Assembly (NCBI GenBank): GCA_002633005.1
Contig: NMRA01000005.1
Coordinates: 771,016-835,015 of the forward strand
Reading direction: 5' to 3'
Source of the DNA: Phoronis australis
Taxonomy: Eukaryota > Animalia > Phoronida
Length of the DNA: 64,000 nt
Positions 1 through 64,000 of this stretch are shown here, one piece after another. A program made the translations under genes and the position numbers. The notes below the pieces were generated by a model, which saw only the letters and a program-made list of their open reading frames with translations, did not search any database and was not told the origin of the DNA. Positions within the stretch are counted from its first letter, which is position 1. Each line of letters starts with the position of its first letter.

Positions 1-153
1 TCTTCCGCCGGCTGCCCAGTAGGTCTAGCCTACACTGCAGACAACAGACAGTGCCGGGCACCGGGACTGCGATCGACTTGTCTAACAACCGTGAACAGAA
101 CACACAAAATGAAAGACAATGTATCATATTATTGAATAACAGATAATCCTTAC

Positions 154-251
154 CTTTCTGGATCCTTAGGAAACCTACAAAATGACACGTGTGGGGTTTT
201 CGTGGATCAATTCATGCAATTTATCGCACTGCAAAATGCGTCCGTCCCCAT
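154..251 (-). pseudogene. THAP-domain first exon (THAP12/PRKRIR-like or THAP-hAT transposase-like) with in-frame TGA; rest of gene not seen in the window
   Basis: Minus strand from ATG 251 reads MGTDAFCSAINCMN*STKTPHVSFCRFPKDPE(R), followed by donor AG|GTAAGG at 153. It has the THAP N-terminal signature C-x4-C...SFxRFPxD and resembles THAP12 exon 1 (MPNFCAAPNC...FFRFPRDPAR). TGA lies at 207-209. Confidence 0.75.
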
Positions 252-946
252 TGTTTTGGCGCTTCCTGGTTGACCGTAGCTCGTTCACCACTTGGCGGCG
301 CTAGTAGTAGAGGTAACAGCGAACTCACAAGTGAACTCTCCTATACTACTACACTCCTTGCCTATATTCACAGTGAATATAGGCAAGGACCGTGACGGTC
401 ACTTGATGTGGTCAACAGATGGCATGCTTCTTGACCAGACTTAACACCTTTGCAACATATTTTCGATACCATATCGTGATTGACATATTCATAAATATGC
501 AGATAGCTTGAATTAATTGGTCAATATCGCGCACGTGTGATCATTGTTTGTGTAACTTGATTCGAGTCAAGTAAAATTTTCAATACATTTTACTACTGCT
601 ACTACCAGTACTACTGTGCTGTTACTGGCTAGCAAAATTTTCATTTTTCTACCTACAAATTATTTAGGGTCAAGAGTAACTGTGAAGACCTGCTGTGCCG
701 AACTTGGAATTCCGCTTAACTGAATCTGAATGATCCGATCGCAGATATGTGTAAATTCTCGTTGGAATTATACATATTCCACGAAAGCCGAATCAGGTGA
801 AAATTTTTATTCACTTAAAGAATTTTTTACAATTACTGTTGGCCTCACAATCAACCCATTTGTTTTTTACCGAAACTTTAGTCAAGAATCAATGTAAATA
901 TGAGAATATCATACCACATATTGTCTGGCAAATAAGATCGGTAATA

Positions 947-1016
947 CATGGGCGGCGCAGCACTGAAAAAAGTGGGGGTTACAGCCCCCCCAGCCCCCTA
1001 TGGTGCGCCACCCATG
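947..1016. mobile_element. 70-bp hAT-like mini element with 5-bp flanking duplication
   Basis: TIRs CATGGGCGGCGCA / TGCGCCACCCATG (12/13 match). TAATA lies on both sides (942-946, 1017-1021). Internal GGGGG/CCCCCCAGCCCCC tract. Confidence 0.7.
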
Positions 1017-1787
1017 TAATAGGCTACCAGCTAAAAAATAAAAGTGTAGTTTAATTCTGGTTTGCTGTAGGACGCAGTGTCGCAGTGCTTTTCTGAAGTC
1101 AAAATGTTTATTAACTGAAGGTAGAGTTCAGTAGCTGTCACGTGGCAAGAAAAAACACGCCAAAATCACGTACTCTTGTTGAAAATACACGGCAATATTT
1201 CGCGTTATCTTGCTTTTCTAGCGAATTCCTAGCCTTATTGAACTCGACCGGCAGTAACTGGAATTCCAAGTTTAACTTCAAAGTTCAAGCACGGGACTTC
1301 AGGCTCTACGACCTGTTGCAGTGTTGCGTAAAATGACTGCGACAAGACAGTACAAAACTTGGCAAGACATGACTACAAATTAATCAAAATAAACATAATA
1401 TCAGTTGAATACAATTTGTGCTTTTAAGAAGCTTACAGAATTGCGGGGCAGCCAGTTACGTGGAATTCAGTGCAGGCCTTTTACGCTGGGCTCCAGCCGT
1501 CTAGCGGCACGCAGGGAATCAGCGACGATGAAATCCGATGCCGAATGGAAATGCCCACTTTTCTGATTTTAAACTCTCAAGATGAAACATGGCACGCCAG
1601 CAAATAAATAAATCACAGAATGTGTCAGAATTTATGACAGTCTTTGTTGAAGTGTTTAATAATGAAAAAAATGACAAATTTTAATAATCAGCGGTTTGGT
1701 CTGGATGAAATTTTGTGGAGAAACTTCCAGCAGGTTGCGCTGCTTGTTGATTTACGACACCACGACTGACAGACGACACCAAAGCAC

Positions 1788-1800
1788 ACGCATGCGCAGT
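1788..1800. promoter_or_regulatory. NRF1-like motif in the CpG-containing region upstream of the MAGI ATG
   Basis: ACGCATGCGCAGT about 400 bp upstream of ATG 2201. Motif match only; TSS unknown. Confidence 0.3.
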
Positions 1801-2200
1801 ATTGTGGTTTAAAACCGATGGACTTTCAAAAACGCTAAAAATTGGAATTTGTTTCCACATTTCCTAACAGTAATTAAGAATAAATGGTCAAGGAAATGAT
1901 TGCTCGGTAGCGCAACAGAAGAAGCTGCGGTAATGTAAACGTCAGACCGTTAAGTGTAGTGATTTGTACGGAATTACGACTCATACGTCTGTTGTGAGAT
2001 GTGGGTTGATCCAATTCTGATGCTGGTCTCGAACTAGAACTTGCTGAACTTTTGAAAACATGCAGCGACGGCTAGCATTAACAATGAACAGAAGGTTTCG
2101 ACGGTGTCTGTTGTTTGACTTATATTTTCATTTCGTGTAGTAGGCTTCGTTGATCATTGTGCTGAATTCTGGTTTTCACAGTACGGAACATCAGAAAAAC

Positions 2201-62794
<60,594 letters not shown>

Positions 62795-63549
62795 ACAGAC
62801 GTGACGGCTTTTTCTGGGGATCCTGTATATATACCATTGGTTATAAATAAGGATTTTTATTTATTAATATTAGTGCATTATTTTGTATTATTAACAGAGG
62901 TGTGAGACATGCCGGTTTGTAACAAGTGTAATGTTGTTCTCATTCTAAACGATTTGTTTCTGGAAACACATATCGTTTGGAGACAATTCCATCCAAGCAA
63001 TTAAATATCTTATGATGTATGTATAAATTTTGCCTTGATTTTTAAATATATTTTTGCTAAGCACTGATTAACGACCACACAAACACTAAGCGCGTTTATC
63101 AAAAAAGTATATAACCGGTTCCGCAGATTAAATTTGGCGTTGATTATTGAGACGTGCAATTCATATATTAGGAGGAAATTATTTTAAGAGGCAGAAGTTA
63201 TTTAAACAAAATGCCGTGCGAGATTTTTTAATGGGCTGTAATTGTTTTATTGAGTAGCGTAATGCATTTTTCAGTAATCTGGGTTCCTATTTTACTTGGC
63301 TTTAATTAGGAGCTGGCTTCTTTTATTTGAGCCAGTTGTCCGTCTGTCCAAGTGGGCATAAGGTAGCAAGCAGTCCTCATTTGGATAAGTACTGTTAACA
63401 CTTGTTTGTCTCGGCAACTTGCAAACTAACTTCACTTCAGTCTAACTCTGGCATTAAAGTATTGCGATCTTGGTTTAATATCATGTTAAGCAAATGCCTG
63501 ATTAGTGATAGTTACCAAGAATTCAGTCAAGTTTTGTATTAAACCCCCT

Positions 63550-63706
63550 GGGGACTGTTTCGTGAAAGTTGTCTTGAGATTTTAGTCGTAAAAAAATTGG
63601 ACTTGCGCTCCTCATGACTGAAAAATAATTAAATCTCACTTCAGAGAAATTTTTTGAGAATATGCCCATATCCGGTAATGACTTAAGATACTTTGTATAA
63701 ATATTT
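63550..63706. mobile_element. Truncated GGCCTGTTTC-type MITE in the putative 3' UTR or downstream flank
   Basis: GGGACTGTTTCGTGAAAGTT...GCGCTCC...AATAATTAAATCTCA...TGAGAATATGC matches the 14701 and 13635 copies. Confidence 0.6.
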
Positions 63707-64000
63707 CTAGGCTTTGATTGGCTAATAATTACATGGGTAAACCTTAGTAATGGTGAAGTGGGGCGTTACACTTAAGTCACCGTACAGATCCCTAGTTTCA
63801 CTTTGAAGCATTATGGTACCTTGATTTCAGCTTAGAAAGGCAAAACACTAATTATGCACGCGCTATGAATTTTCGTTCTGTACGTGTACAAGTATGTCTA
63901 AGCAAGGGAGTGTAACACAATATGGGTGTGATTGTGTATTTTGTAAACTTTGTAAGATATTTTAGCTTTTATTTTACCGTTTTCTACGCACTATTATCGT

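Noticed and set aside
1-82. Possible second THAP exon on the minus strand
   Set aside because: Splicing to the nearby AG gives no THAP residues (no W or C..HF) and reaches a stop.
207-209. TGA in the THAP exon as selenocysteine
   Set aside because: The position aligns with a non-Cys, typically basic residue and no SECIS was seen; CGA>TGA is the simpler explanation.

Overview
Eukaryotic, AT-rich animal genomic DNA, apparently invertebrate; species not identifiable from the sequence. Almost the whole window is one complete + strand multi-exon gene for a MAGI scaffold (membrane-associated guanylate kinase, inverted): PDZ0 - degenerate GK - WW1 - WW2 - PDZ1..PDZ5 - Pro-rich tail. I reconstructed 22 phase-compatible GT-AG coding exons by hand from ATG 2201 to TGA 62794, giving 4923 nt and 1640 aa if both candidate cassette exons are included. 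About 2 kb upstream, head-to-head on the - strand, is a THAP12/PRKRIR-like THAP first exon carrying an in-frame TGA. Introns hold many non-autonomous DNA transposons: a 1.7 kb pogo/Tc2-like element with TA TSD, hAT-like elements with unusual 5-bp and 6-bp TSDs, and fold-back MITEs. They also hold minisatellites and a 428-N gap. The best leads are a 60-nt cassette exon inside PDZ4 with RBFOX/QKI motifs, a strong internal donor that could delete PDZ5, a candidate internal first exon, a possible stop-readthrough tail ending in the PDZ-binding motif -TEV, and the short-TSD transposon families. I see no evidence for a wholly new biological system, and most ORFs in the supplied track are spurious.
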